A stretch of DNA of 63,785 bases, the filler included, from Octopus bimaculoides (Eukaryota), in NCBI RefSeq assembly GCF_001194135.2. It is 5 parts of 5 records of this genome, joined end to end, with 100 filler letters (N's around TTAATTAATTAA, not from the genome) between each part and the next. Parts side by side here need not be neighbours in the genome. Positions count along the whole stretch, not along the records: positions 5,993 to 21,773 come from NC_068986.1; positions 21,874 to 51,693 come from NC_068982.1; 3 more parts are not named here. One strand, 5' to 3'. The position numbers and the translations under genes were made by a program. How positions within the stretch are numbered: position 1 is the stretch's first letter; the number at the start of each line of letters is the position of its first letter. Under the pieces are notes generated by a model. It ran no database searches and was not told the origin of the DNA. It saw only the letters and a program-made list of their open reading frames with translations. This document shows, piece after piece, positions 11,591 through 24,494 of the stretch.

Positions 11591-14479
11591 TTGTGTGTTT
11601 TATTATACTTTTCATGTATCTGCGTAATTTTATAAACTTTTAATTTGCCCCAGTTGTACTTGTATAAACTCTTTCAACCTTCCCCTTCTCTTTGTATAAC
11701 TTCTTTTTGTCCTATTCCACATGTCTTTGTAAATCCCCTGCTTAGCGTTCATTTTATTTCTGTATCTCTTCGAGCCCTTCTTGTGCCTTATTATCTGGGC
11801 GTCGGAATGGTAAGAACTGGAGTCGATGTAATCGACTTACTCCTTTCCTTCAAAACTTCTGTTCCTCAACCTAAATTAACAACAGCTATATAGGGCGGTG
11901 ATTTAGCCGTTGATTTGAACGTTAGTGAAGTGCCTTGCCCTTTTTGTTCGTTCTCGTTACGTTTCGGGTTCAAATCCTGTCAGGTTAACTTCCATTGTTG
12001 CTCACTCGGGCTTAATAATATAAAGTATCAGTCAAGTGCATGGGTCGATGTTAATCGATTAACCCTCTTTCCTCAGTGCTACTGGACGTAAAATAAAACA
12101 ACAGCCTTTCTTGTAATTTGATTTCGCATAAATAAACGTATTTTAAACGTAGAAAATGTTTTTTTTTTTACTATTATATATCATAACAAATTGAAAATAA
12201 TATATATATATATATATATANNNNNNNNNNNNNNNNNNNNNNNNNNNNNNNNNNNNNNNNNNNNNNNNNNNNNNNNNNNNNNNNNNNNNNNNNNNNNNNN
12301 NNNNNNNNNNNNNNNNNNNNNNNNNNNNNNNNNNNNNNNNNNNNNNNNNNNNNNNNNNNNNNNNNNNNNNNNNNNNNNNNNNNNNNNNNNNNNNNNNNNN
12401 NNNNNNNNNNNNNNNNNNNNNNNNNNNNNNNNNNNNNNNNNNNNNNNNNNNNNNNNNNNNNNNNNNNNNNNNNNNNNNNNNNNNNNNNNNNNNNNNNNNN
12501 NNNNNNNNNNNNNNNNNNNNNNNNNNNNNNNNNNNNNNNNNNNNNNNNNNNNNNNNNNNNNNNNNNNNNNNNNNNNNNNNNNNNNNNNNNNNNNNNNNNN
12601 NNNNNNNNNNNNNNNNNNNNNNNNNNNNNNNNNNNNNNNNNNNNNNNNNNNNNNNNNNNNNNNNNNNNNNNNNNNNNNNNNNNNNNNNNNNNNNNNNNNN
12701 NNNNNNNNNNNNNNNNNNNNNNNNNNNNNNNNNNNNNNNNNNNNNNNNNNNNNNNNNNNNNNNNNNNNNNNNNNNNNNNNNNNNNNNNNNNNNNNNNNNN
12801 NNNNNNNNNNNNNNNNNNNNNNNNNNNNNNNNNNNNNNNNNNNNNNNNNNNNNNNNNNNNNNNNNNNNNNNNNNNNNNNNNNNNNNNNNNNNNNNNNNNN
12901 NNNNNNNNNNNNNNNNNNNNNNNNNNNNNNNNNNNNNNNNNNNNNNNNNNNNNNNNNNNAACTTTCTGTCTCCTTTTTCGAGTAATACATTCAATAAGGA
13001 AAAGGATAACATAATTACTGAAGCCTGCTCTCTAAAAGCGGAGCAGAGTTCAGCATATCCTTAAAGAAGAAACTGAGGTGACTGAGAAAAATGTGCATTT
13101 ATTTTTAGAGGTAAATCCAACAGGGCTATCCACTTCCATTTCCAGATCGAGACTGAGGCAGAACGCCGAACAGAAGTGAAACAACAAACACTCGCTCGAC
13201 GACCCATTCTCTAATATACGAGTATTATTGCCACCATCACAAGTATGACAATAAGGGAAGTTGGCAGCGGTAATATACTTTGGATTGTTTTCATCTTTGT
13301 GGAGTAACATGAGCGAACAGTAACCGACGAGATTACGGAAAATGACATTCGATCAAGAGGGGTCAGTGTGGACTTCCAAGTTTTTATAATTCCTCAAAAC
13401 CAAAGAGTTATTCCAGAACTCTACCTAGTTAGGGCTGCATGAACTAAAATGATATGAATGAAGTGCAGAGCGGAAGCCCCAAATGTTATACTTTCCGCTG
13501 TAAGACTGGTTTGAGGTCTCATACTACTCGTTCTAGTTTCCAGGAACTGACAGAAAGTCGATGGATCCGTGGCTAAAGATGACAAAGAGAGAGAGATGGA
13601 AAAGTTGTGCTCATAGCGGAAACATCACGGGACCCGGTGTCTTCAAGTAAAGTGGAATTGTAGGAAACCCTGACCGATGGTGATAGTATGTGCGCTCCAA
13701 AGACCAGAACAAAGCACACGGTATCATGTTCCTGATTTGTAAGATTAGAGATAAGGTAAGGTGAAAATAGCGCGTGTGCCATATATCTCTTGCCAATTGC
13801 TTGCACCACTGTATACTTGTTGCCGGAACAATGATTTGTTCAGATATTGGTGAAGATCCCGATTTTTGAATTAGCGTAATCTTTGTACATCAATAACATG
13901 TAAGTGGGAAACTAACCAATAACAATATGTAGACGGATGTGTCCATAGGGAAATTCAGCTTCTGATCATTCCCGAAGGTTACTAGCCTTCTACCTAAAAG
14001 GAGAGAAAGGAAATAAGCAGGAGACAGACGGCACCGAAGAAATTACGACTGCAGACCTAAGTGGGGAAGACCATGACTTTTTCTGCTGATGTTTCCAGAT
14101 CCCCATTTATCATAGCTCCGAGATTAACTGGAGTGGAAGCAAATGAAATAGTCCCATGCATACGGAAAGCCCACTTTTTGCCGTCGAGGGTTTATATGCT
14201 GCAATACAAGATATTTTCTTTAGTCAATACACGGTGATCACTTATAAGTTTTAAATTTTTAAATATTATTATTATTTACAGGATACACACACACAAACAC
14301 ACATATATATGGATAGATAGATAGATAATTAGATAGATGGCTGGATGGATGGATGGATGGATGGATAGATGGATATATATATATATATATATATAGATAG
14401 ATAAATAGATATGATTTTAAACTACATCGGTAGTGAAGCTCTAGTTCCCAGGTCAACTCTTACCTCGGAGTAGCAGCAC

Positions 14480-14810
14480 ATGCCAGGGTTCTAGCTAAGA
14501 GTTAACTTGCATGTGAATCACTAGGAGTGAAGGACCTCTGGTTTTTGTGAGAGCATCTTTCGAGAAGAAATTAAACTCGTGTAAAAAATCCTGAAGTGCA
14601 GTTGGTTTCAGTTGTGAGACCCTGGATAGATAGAATACGTAACGGATGACCATAAGAGATCCAACGAAAAAAATCTGCGCTGTCTCGAGGCCAGAACAAT
14701 CCAAGCGTGTATGTATGCCAATCTCCATGATCATGTTCTCCCAGAAACAGGGACTCATAGCTCATCAAACCTCAATCCACTGAACTATTGCGTATGGGAC
14801 GTAGTCAAGA
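14480..14810 (+). mobile_element. Highly decayed maT/Tc1-mariner transposase fragment
   Basis: VVRPW..RI.NG, ..EARTIQA.M..N.HD.., SS.NLNPLNYCVWDVVK remnants across frameshifts. Confidence 0.55.
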
Positions 14811-14844
14811 AAGAGAGAGAGTAACTGATGCACTCTGTATACAC

Positions 14845-14900
<56 letters not shown>

Positions 14901-15367
14901 TATTTATAAACAAACCCGAAAGGCTTTGTTTATAAATCACTTGTTTGTATTTAGAAATTGTCGCTTCAAATCGGAGAATAAATATTATTATGATATATTA
15001 TTACACAGTTTTGTGTATATATATATATATATATATGATGATGATGAACTCTCCTGTCGAAGACGATGAATGGGCGTTCAGCTTTTGCCAAACGAAACGA
15101 CCTGCACAAATGATTTGTTTATAATGATCAAATGATTGTGCTGCACATTGGCTCTCTCCATCCATCAAATCCACGTTGTCTGAATAGCTGCCCTGTGTAA
15201 TACGCACCAGGTGTCGACGTGATCGCAGAGCAACGTGAGATAAAGTACTTTGCTCAAGAACACAACGCATCACCCAATCTAGGAATTGAAATCGTGATCG
15301 CTAGATCGTGAGTGTAATACCCCAATCACTAAGCCATGCACCTTTGCTCGCGCGCGCGCAGACACAA

Positions 15368-15446
<79 letters not shown>

Positions 15447-15448
<2 letters not shown>

Positions 15449-15745
15449 GAGTATGTCAGTTTTTTGAGGTCACTTGCATGAATTTAGAAAAAGACACATA
15501 GCTCATCACAGAAATGGTATATTTGAAAAGAAATTCGTACAAATAATCTTGAGAATCCTTTTATCACACCAATTCAATGAATTCACCGTTAGTATCAATG
15601 ACTGCTTCAATATGGCGTCGGAAGCGCTGACATGCTCGAACCAGAAGATCATTCAGATGACATACTCAAATCAGATGATCAATTTTGGACATAGTGCTGG
15701 TTATGGCGGACTTGAGTGACTGAGGTCTGGTGATGAAAGGATCGA
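15447..15745 (-). mobile_element. Tc1/mariner (maT-like) transposase C-terminus plus terminal region
   Basis: ..SLKSAITSTMSK...LLVRACQRFRRHIEAVIDTNGEFIE, typical of the RACxxFRxRIEAVI..GG.IE terminus. Confidence 0.6.
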
Positions 15746-18450
15746 TGGATATCTGGATGTGTATGTGTAATTGCTCGTGTATGTATGTATGTATGTATGT
15801 ATTTCAAATTACGATAAACATAAACAAACAAACGAAGTTTGCTTTTAGTAGCGTTGAGATGTCTTAGAAAGTTAAAGAAGTGATTTTAAATTCTCAATCG
15901 CAGGATAATGTTAATAATATAGCCTGAACAGGATAAACTACCTCTATTTTCCAGAAAAAAGTGTAGGTGGTTGTATATATNNNNNNNNNNNNNNNNNNNN
16001 NNNNNNNNNNNNNNNNNNNNNNNNATGGCATGTAAAAAGCTAGTAACTAAATTTTATTACTACGCTCTGCCATGGCATGCAAACTCCAAAGAAAATACGA
16101 AATACAGAGGGAATAAATAATCATTTTCGATAAATGATCATTTATGTAATAAACATATTGAACTATTTAGTAATATTTTTATTAATTTACATCCGAAGTT
16201 TCAAATTTGGAAATAAATTTACTGTAGTGAATGTATGCACCATCAGAAGACAGAAGGATTGTTTTCTAGCAAATAGTTGTCAAAGATATCCGCTGACTAG
16301 TCTCCTGTACTTTTCTGGTTTAGCGTGCACTAATTATATCTCGAGTGAAAAAAAAAACATATAAGCATTTATAATCACCAATTAATAATAATGAGCATAA
16401 CAACAACAACAACAACAACAACAACAAATCAGCAACAACAAAAGAACAACTAAATCATTGACAACAATGTTGCTCTCCATTAACAATAGCAAACAAAAGA
16501 CAGAAACAAACTAATATCTTGCAATAACAAGCAACGTAAAAAATATAATTAGGAAGGGTGGCGTATGTAACTGGTTAAACGTTTTGGGGAAAGTATTACC
16601 ATGAAAGCGCATCATTTTGATTAACCTCGTTAAATTTTGAAATTAAGTCCAATTAATTAGTGGCTAAAGATTTCGCCCCAGGTTTGACATTTCGTTCTCA
16701 TCATCTCTCACATATATTGTTAATCAGTCTGTTAGCTTCTCTTGATTTCTTGATTTTTCTAGATGATTTCTCTCTTTTTCTCTACAGCTATAAACTTACC
16801 CTTTTTCTTTTCATATCGCCTGTATTCTCTTACCTCAACTTTCTTTGTTTCTCTCTCTCTCTTTGTTTCACGAATGTAGTTGTCAGAGGAATTTCTAATT
16901 TTTTCCAGAGGGAAACCTTGTTTATACACTGGCAGATTTCAAGAGCAACTAAAATAGTTGGATATCGGCTTGCACCTGCGGCCCCAAAACTTAAAGCAAA
17001 CAAAACAATAATCACAACACCTTGCAAATGTCATGATCACTTCCTTCCAAAGCAAGACACCAAATATTTCACTCGTCATTTCACTTCATCTTGTCAATTT
17101 ACGTTTTGTATATTTGAATACAAACTTGAAAAAATTATTTGTTATGTTCTGATATAATTTTATCGAGATGTGCGAGTAGTTCTTTGTAATAAGAGTTCTG
17201 CTTGAGGTCTATAATTTAAGTTTGTTGCTCATTTTATTCATTTAAAAAAGTTCGTGTTAATTTTAATTCAGTATTTGAAGAGTTGTTCGTTCAGTTATAC
17301 TTTATGTTTTGAAGCACACACTACTATCATCTACATCATAATTTTAACGACTTTTCATAAATACAGACTTTTTCCCACTTGACATTTTTAACACATTCGC
17401 GGTATGTAAATAGAATAAAAGTCTAAAGATTTGTACAGAGAATTGAAATAATTCACAAAGCTTCAAGCGTTGTCTATGGTTTGTAGAAACTTTCATTCAA
17501 CCACCCATACTTCCTTTACAACCTTTAATCAGAATTTATTCTTTTACACTGATGACAATTGAAATTTCTTTGGCTATTATTGATATAATCCCTATTTAGA
17601 AACATTTTGTATTGTAATTTATTATTGGATTAAATGGAAAGCTGTATAAAACAAAATAAAAGATGATAACGAATGAAAAGTAACGACGTATAATAGGTAG
17701 TCCATTGATACATAATTAATATATTGTACTGAAACATAAGCCATTTCAATTTTTACGTGTTTCGGTGCAAATATATTTACCTTTTTAGAATTTCAGTATA
17801 CAATGCTTGACATCAGTTGCAGAACTTTACCAAATGAAAATATTGAAAAGAGTAGTTTATCATATAATCAGCTTACTTTTGTCAAGAGTTATTTTTAAGG
17901 CGTTTATAATCTTCGTAACTGCAGTATTGTTTTACAATTCTTTAGTTTGTTTAGCTTTTACAGCTAAACCTTCATTTCTGGCGCTTTTATTTCGTTGTGA
18001 TAATGACGTATTCAAAAATGAAGTAATTTTTTTCTACTTTCACTACTTTAAATTATATTTACAAATAACTACATTAGTTTACAGTTATCGACACTTTTCA
18101 TATATGAGCTAATCGAAAACACTGTCGAAATTCCTCATGTTTATTTGAATTTAACTTTTACTAATATAACTTTTACTGTGTAACAAAGTTTTTATTTTTT
18201 TGTCTTTCGTCATTAAATGTTATTTCTTATTTGTCTCTATCTAGAAATCAAAGGAAATGATTACTACTCCCTTCAAATTTTGCTTTTGTGACCTGGACAT
18301 CAAACTGACTTATTTTCCATTACATTTCAGACAGATTCAGTGCTGAGTTACTGAAGCAGAAATATCGTTATAGCAAATATTCTGCTCAATACCACAAGAC
18401 TTGCCTGTCATTTGCTTCACCTTAACCATTAGTACATGCCCTTTAGTGGC

Positions 18451-18536
18451 TGACAATATGCACATCTCTGACAATATGCGCATCTCTGACAATATGCGCA
18501 TCTCTGACAATATGCGCATCTCTAACAATATGCGCA
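18451..18536. repeat. 18-bp minisatellite, ~5 copies (TGACAATATGCGCATCTC)
   Basis: Tandem units at the end of a family D copy. Confidence 0.92.
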
Positions 18537-18660
18537 TTTTTTATACTTTCTACGGGTAAGCAAATAAGAAATAACAGTGGCTATCCAAGGACAAGAATTG
18601 TGTTACACGGTGTAATCATGTTACAAAACCCTTTTTTTTTAAAATAAAGATATCTAATTA

Positions 18661-18840
18661 CACAGGGAAACAAAGTTTTTGTTGCATTAATACCAGCACT
18701 TGTTCTTAACTCGTTTGAGCGTGCTAAATTCAAATAGGAGGTTCGTTTTTCTCTGTAAGCTCTAGATTTTATGCAATTCAACGTAATCCTTTTTTCTCGA
18801 AATTTGGACACCTCTCACATTGTGACGTTGTAAAAAATTT
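18661..18840 (+). mobile_element. Terminal fragment related to the Chapaev3-like element at 19682
   Basis: cacagggaaacaaagtttttgttgcattaatacca resembles cactggtcaacgaattttttgttgcattgatatca (19682). Confidence 0.4.
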
Positions 18841-18849
18841 ATGGCCATA

Positions 18850-19230
18850 CAGGCACAGGAATGGCTGTGGGTTAAGTAGCTTGTTTACCAACCACATGGT
18901 TCTGGGTTCAGTCCCACTGCGTGGCACCTTGGGCAAATGTCTTTTACTATAGCCTCGGGCCAACCAAAGCTTTGTGAGTGGATTTGGTACACGGAAACTG
19001 AAAGAAGCCCGTAGTATGTTTGTGTGTCTGTATTTGTCCCCATCCCAACATCGCTTGACAACCGATGCTGGTATGTTTACGTCCCCGTAACTTAGCGGTT
19101 CGGCAAAAGAGGTGGATAGAATAAGTACTAGGCTTACAAAGAATAAGTCCTGGGGTCGATTTGCTCGACTAAAGGCGGTGCTCCAGCATGGCCGCAGTCA
19201 AATGACTGAAACAAATAAAAGAATAAAAGA
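18850..19230 (+). mobile_element. SINE family B, near full length
   Basis: ggttcagtcccactgcgtggcaccttgggcaa..gccttgtgagtggatttggta..cagcatggccgcagtcaaatgactgaaac. Other copies at ~21080-21460, 26140-26530, 51420-51693(-), 55020-55410, 55890-56040(-), 59340-59530(-), 60510-60710(-), 62230-62350(-), 63670-63785. Confidence 0.85.
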
Positions 19231-19681
19231 ATAAAGAATACAGTCTTAAAATTAGACTCAAAATACCCGCCTGATACATACATACATACATACATACATA
19301 CATACATACATACATGCATGCATGCATACATACATACATACATACATATACATACACACACATACGCACATACACACGCACACACACATACGAAGGTGCA
19401 TGGTTTAGTGATTAGGGTGTTGCACTCACGATTGCGAGATCGTGGTTTTGATTCCTAGACCGGGCGTTGCTTTGCATTCTTGAGCAAAACACTTCATTTT
19501 ACGTTGTTCAGCGATTATTTCGTCATCTGACATGTGGCACATAGTGCACCTGCACAGGTAATGTCGATTTGATGCAGGAAGTGAGCTTATGTGAACACAA
19601 AAATTTGATCACTATAAATAAATCATCTGTGCGGTCTAACGACGGGAGAGTCCATTACGTGTGTGTGCGTGTATACTGGTT

Positions 19682-20730
19682 CACTGGTCAACGAATTTTT
19701 TGTTGCATTGATATCAACTAATTTAAGTTCATAGATTTCTGATCTTAAGTTGGTTATTTCCTAAATGCTCAAATTGTTTTGCAATCAAAGTACTTCAAAA
19801 TCTCAAAATTTTGTCTTCACATTGACATCATAGTCTGTTAGGAGAAAGTTGTGATTAAACTCTCTTTAGATTAGCTGGTAATAAAAAAGAAAATGCAAGT
19901 TAGTATAAATTTATTCAAGAACACAATTTGAAACGCTTTCCCTAATAAGCAAAGGTTACGGTTTATATAAAACTGATTGATGAATAAGATATTAGTTACT
20001 ACGAGTAGGCAAAGCTCAGTTGCAGTCTATTAATGCAGGAATTTGCGCTTGAATTTGCCTTTATGGACTGTCTCAGAACAATCTCGCTTGATGCTTCAGC
20101 AGTAGTCTGCTACCATATGTTTGTCCCATATCCTTTGGTAACGCTCTTCTATGGTCTTAAGGTCCTGATGAAACCGCTCACTTTATTCGTCACTTACTGC
20201 TCCTAGGTTCTCAGGGAATCTATCAAGATGACTATACAAGAAATGCAGTTAGATAGTCATGTTACTTCCAAAATTACGAAAAGCTGACAACATAGCATTA
20301 CCGAGAAAGTTTTCTATTACCGCCACGAATGAAAGCCATGCAGTCCTTTCCTTGTCATTCATCTTTTTGGTAAATTCTATATCACTTTAAAGTGCACGAA
20401 TCTGCCGTCTGTCAAACACACCTGCCTTGATCTTCTCGAAGGACAAAGCAGGGAGAGCAGAGACTATGTGTTAGAAGCATTCATCGTCAGTATTTAATGC
20501 CTTAACAAACTGTTTCATCAAGCCCACCTTGATGTGGAGCGGAGGAAAAATGAACTTTTCTCGACTGTCAATTGGATCATTGACAAAATTTGGCATACTT
20601 GCTTCCAGAGTCTCACGTATGGCCCACTCTCTCTGGTTCTAGTGCTTCTCTCGAGCTCGGCTGTCCCACATGATAGCAGGGATACTTTGCAAATCCTCTA
20701 TTTGGAGCCTATTTTTTGCCTTGGTCCAAA
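19682..20730 (-). mobile_element. Decayed DNA transposon, Chapaev3-like (CMC group) transposase C-terminal half with terminus
   Basis: GFAKYPC..WDSRARE.., PPLHIKVGLMKQFVKAL, KIKAGVFD.RQIR, LHFLYSHLDRFPENLGAVSDE.SERFHQDLK.IEERYQ..W...M.ADYC with multiple stops. CACTG terminus at 19682. Family name is from memory. Confidence 0.75.
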
Positions 20731-21773
20731 GTACGCTTTATAAACAAGCACCTTTGATAAATAAGCTTGAAGCATCTACGAATGTAACAGAAAGCGTCCG
20801 GCTAGTTCATACATTGATGTCTCTTTGTAGTCATGATCAGATCTGAAAGAGAAACAAGACAATTTTAATATCTCTGTTGAAATCATAAACGTAATTAATT
20901 TGTAGGGCCGCAAACTGCTAGAATGCAAAACTTAAGTTTGCATAAAAACTAGAGAATGTATAACATGACCGTTCTACAGAAACACATGCAGGCGCGTGTA
21001 CACACACATAGACACAGAGACACAGAGACACAGAGACAAACAGACAGACAGACACACGCACACACTATATGACTGAAAGAAGTAAAAGAATAAAAGAGCA
21101 TATATATGTATAAAGATGGTGCTCCAGCATGGCCGCAGTCAAATGACTGAAACAAGCGAAAGAAATAAAAGAAATACCACAGCTGTTTTAAATTTATGTC
21201 TGCCAGATCCACTCATGAGGATGTGGTCAGCCCGGGGCTATAGTAGAAGACAGTTGCTCAAGATACCACACAGTGAGACTGAATCCGGAACTTCTTACAC
21301 TCAGCCATGCCTGCACCTACCCACGGCAGCGCCTACATTCTCTGAAAAAAAAAACTAAGAAAAATACAATTTCCCACTGTATGGCACCATGGGCAAGTGT
21401 CTTCTACTCTAGCCTCGGGTCGACCAAAGCCTTGTGAGTGGATTTGGTAGACGGAGGTTTATTCAAAAGATTAAATGTGGTACTTAAAATGTTTGAGGCA
21501 CCAGAATTTGGTAGGGTAAAAACCAAAAACAAAATCAAGAGATTTGGTGAATAAAATTTGAAGAAAAGCAACAAAAATTCAATAGGTTATAGCAGTACGT
21601 ACGTTTCGTACAAACTTCATTTATTCATGTAGTGAGTCAAGATGGTATTTTTTCTTCTCTTACTCTTGTTTTATTGCACACATCTACAAAATTACTTTCT
21701 AAAATGAAATTCCATTATGCAGCTGAGGAGTACATTTTCATTGCACATTTTATGTAGTGTTCTCACTACATGA

Positions 21774-21873
21774 NNNNNNNNNNNNNNNNNNNNNNNNNNN
21801 NNNNNNNNNNNNNNNNNTTAATTAATTAANNNNNNNNNNNNNNNNNNNNNNNNNNNNNNNNNNNNNNNNNNNN
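21774..21873. other. Scaffold-join spacer
   Basis: 44 N + TTAATTAATTAA (21818-21829) + 44 N. Confidence 0.92.
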
Positions 21874-22080
21874 ACTATCACGTGACCTTATTAAGGGCTG
21901 TGATTGGTCAGTTTGCGTTCTGGCGGGAACGGTTCGAAGAAGTTGCCGATTCGAATAATGATCAGTCACGTGATGACAAGGAGATGTTCTCCGCTACGCT
22001 CGCGTTTATTTATATTTAAATGAGAAGAATGGCGATAGCAGTTTTGTATGTAATGGCGATCGAGGTGTTAGTTTCACTAC
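21874..22080. promoter_or_regulatory. CpG-rich promoter-like block (2x GTCACGTGAT E-boxes, CCAAT box, E2F-like TTCCCGCC, 2x ATGGCG)
   Basis: atcacgtgac at ~21878, gtcacgtgat at ~21965, gattgg, ctggcgggaac. CpG is retained in an otherwise CpG-poor genome. No linked gene identified; could be TE-internal. Confidence 0.4.
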
Positions 22081-22147
<67 letters not shown>

Positions 22148-23811
22148 TACACAAATTAATAATAACAGCCGATGGATAAATGTCAGTTCATTACAGCTGT
22201 TTCTTACGCATTTTTAATAGATGGATGAGTACACTAATTCTTTGCAAAACACCGTACTCATCAGATACTACATATAATTCCAAAACTACATGCATAAATA
22301 TACACTCATACGCCCGGGCCCAGAAGCACATGCACTTGTAACTAATGATATATATAAACTTGTGTTTGCAACTATGATAACATACTTTATTACAGAAATA
22401 TCTAAAAAATATATTCTCAAATATTTTAATAGCAACAGCAATATGTTTTATTAAAATATTCAGCATGCTTATAGCCGTATTCTATTTATATACGTATAAT
22501 TAATGTCACTAGCTCTTTACAGTCATACAATTGTATTCAATAAAATATTCTGTGTATCGAGGATGAAATATATGTTTCTGTTGGAACTCCAGATCTCCTG
22601 TACTAGATGAGCCTGGTCAAGAGCCAAGTGATATAATGCTACCATTCACCTCATAATGATTTTATAACTATCTTAAATATTCTCTTATATGTATAAGGTA
22701 CATTAGTTTAGGCCACGAAATCCTGAGGAAGGACTAGTGGATATCTGACGAAATCCTCCACCGAAAAAACCTTAATTTTGAACGAACCATCACTTTCTGT
22801 CAGGGTGCAAATTATCTTTTTTAGGCCTTGTCGTACCTATTATTCATAAGAGCACTATGTTATATAACAACAAGTTTGCATAAAAGACTAGAAATGCTGA
22901 GTTCTTCAAGAAATAACAAAGCAAATTGATGCATGTCTTCCATATTCAACTGATTAGTGGAACATCAAACTATGTGAGACCTTCCTGAGATTCTCCATTT
23001 GAGTTTTCTCTAACGAACATATGCTCACAATCATATGTGCATGTGGCATTCATGCACATACATTAACACTAATGAAAAGCACACAACTGTGTATTTAGGT
23101 GACAAACTCACCCTTTGTATTTCAAGTTTGCCAACACATGTACCTACACATATGCACATATCAACTCATTCATATGTTTACAAATTTTATGGACTTCCTT
23201 GACTAAAAGAACAGTCTTGAGTACTGCAAAAAAATTAATCATGTATGCATCCATACAGGCAGTCAATCAAATAAAGTACCAGTGAAGTATTGGAGTCGAT
23301 GTAATCAATTGGTCCCCTTTCCTCAAAATTGCTGGCCTTGTACCCTGCAATGGACCGGCGTTCATTTCGGGAAGAATGTTGTGATCTCTTTCACTTATAT
23401 ACCATAGAAAGCAGGTGTCTGGCCTTATGACTCCAGGGGATTGCCGAAAAAAAAACAAAAAAACTGAAGAAACGTGAAATGAAGTCAAAGACAAAAAACG
23501 TTGCCCGGTCCAAGAATCACCAATGAACTTATAATTGTTAAGCCAATATCCTAATTGCTGGGCTTCATTGGCATGTAGCCATATGCATGCAAACACACAC
23601 AACCATACATAAATGCATGCATGCATACATTCATACATACAGACAGACAGACAGTAAAACTTTACAGAAGTTTATCATTTAAGTATATATATGAACATAT
23701 CTAGATATGCAACTATATGCATGAGAATACATACATAAAACAAAACATACAAATTTGCACACGTACATACATACACACACACATACATACATAGAACTTA
23801 TTTGCATTATT

Positions 23812-23957
23812 TACATTCGGCGGATATTTGTCTTCATCTTGTTTGTTGTTAATACGTTTCAGCTGATATACCCTCCAGCCTTCTTCAGGTGTTTGGGGGA
23901 AATTTCGAGCCTGGGTTCTCATTCCTAAGGTATTTTTCGATGGTGTTGCTGTTGTTG

Positions 23958-23999
<42 letters not shown>

Positions 24000-24494
24000 T
24001 CACTGCTTGGAATCGAACTCGGAATCTTGGGGTTAGTAGCCCGCGCTCTTAATCACTACGCCAATTATGGAGTGAATTTTAGGGCTTATAAATCTAATAT
24101 CCTCCTATTCTTCCTAAATACTGGTTCCCATATGCTGTTCATATCTGCACTCGGTCTGCTTTGGAGGTTGTTGTGTCCTAGCATATGTGCTGCTTCTTTC
24201 AGTTTTCATATTTTCCAGTGGTGTTCTCTGTTTATTATTTTAACTTCATCCCACAGGGAGAGATGCTCTCCATTTTTCCATACCTGATTTATCAATATCT
24301 CCTCATGTCACAGCTTCGCAATGTTCGTCTAACCTTATTTTGAGGGGGCGACATGTTTCACCTTTGTATAACCTACCACAGCTGCATGAGATGGAGTACA
24401 CGCAGTCTTTGGTCATATTCTCTTCTATTGGTGGTTTTACTCGAAGGAGTAATACAACACTTTGCAAATATCTCTTTCGAGTAAAACCACCAAT
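23812..24494 (-). mobile_element. Penelope-like element 3' part (GIY-YIG endonuclease) with 5' inversion junction and internal tRNA-type SINE head
   Basis: RVKPPIEENMTKDCVYSISCSCGRLYKGETCRPLKIRLDEH...WDEVKIINREHHWKI.KLKEAAH. Terminal region with ctgaagaagg..cagctgaaacg. SINE head with A/B boxes at ~23995-24062. Confidence 0.75.

Noticed and set aside
9768-11643. ~620-aa Pro/Ser/Leu-rich and Arg/Lys-rich ORFs
   Set aside because: Translations of (CTT/CCT)n low complexity plus Ns; no splice signals or domain.
16830-17027. Signal-peptide-like ORF MQGVVIIVLFALSFGAAGA
   Set aside because: The start is TTG with a stop two codons upstream; no in-frame ATG.
18451-18536. CRISPR-like array
   Set aside because: Tandem units have no spacers, there are no cas genes, and the context is eukaryotic. 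No CRISPR array was seen anywhere in the window.
23995-24062. tRNA gene (A and B boxes, anticodon-like stem)
   Set aside because: No acceptor stem, and it runs into (TAA)n inside a repeat, so it is a tRNA-derived SINE head.
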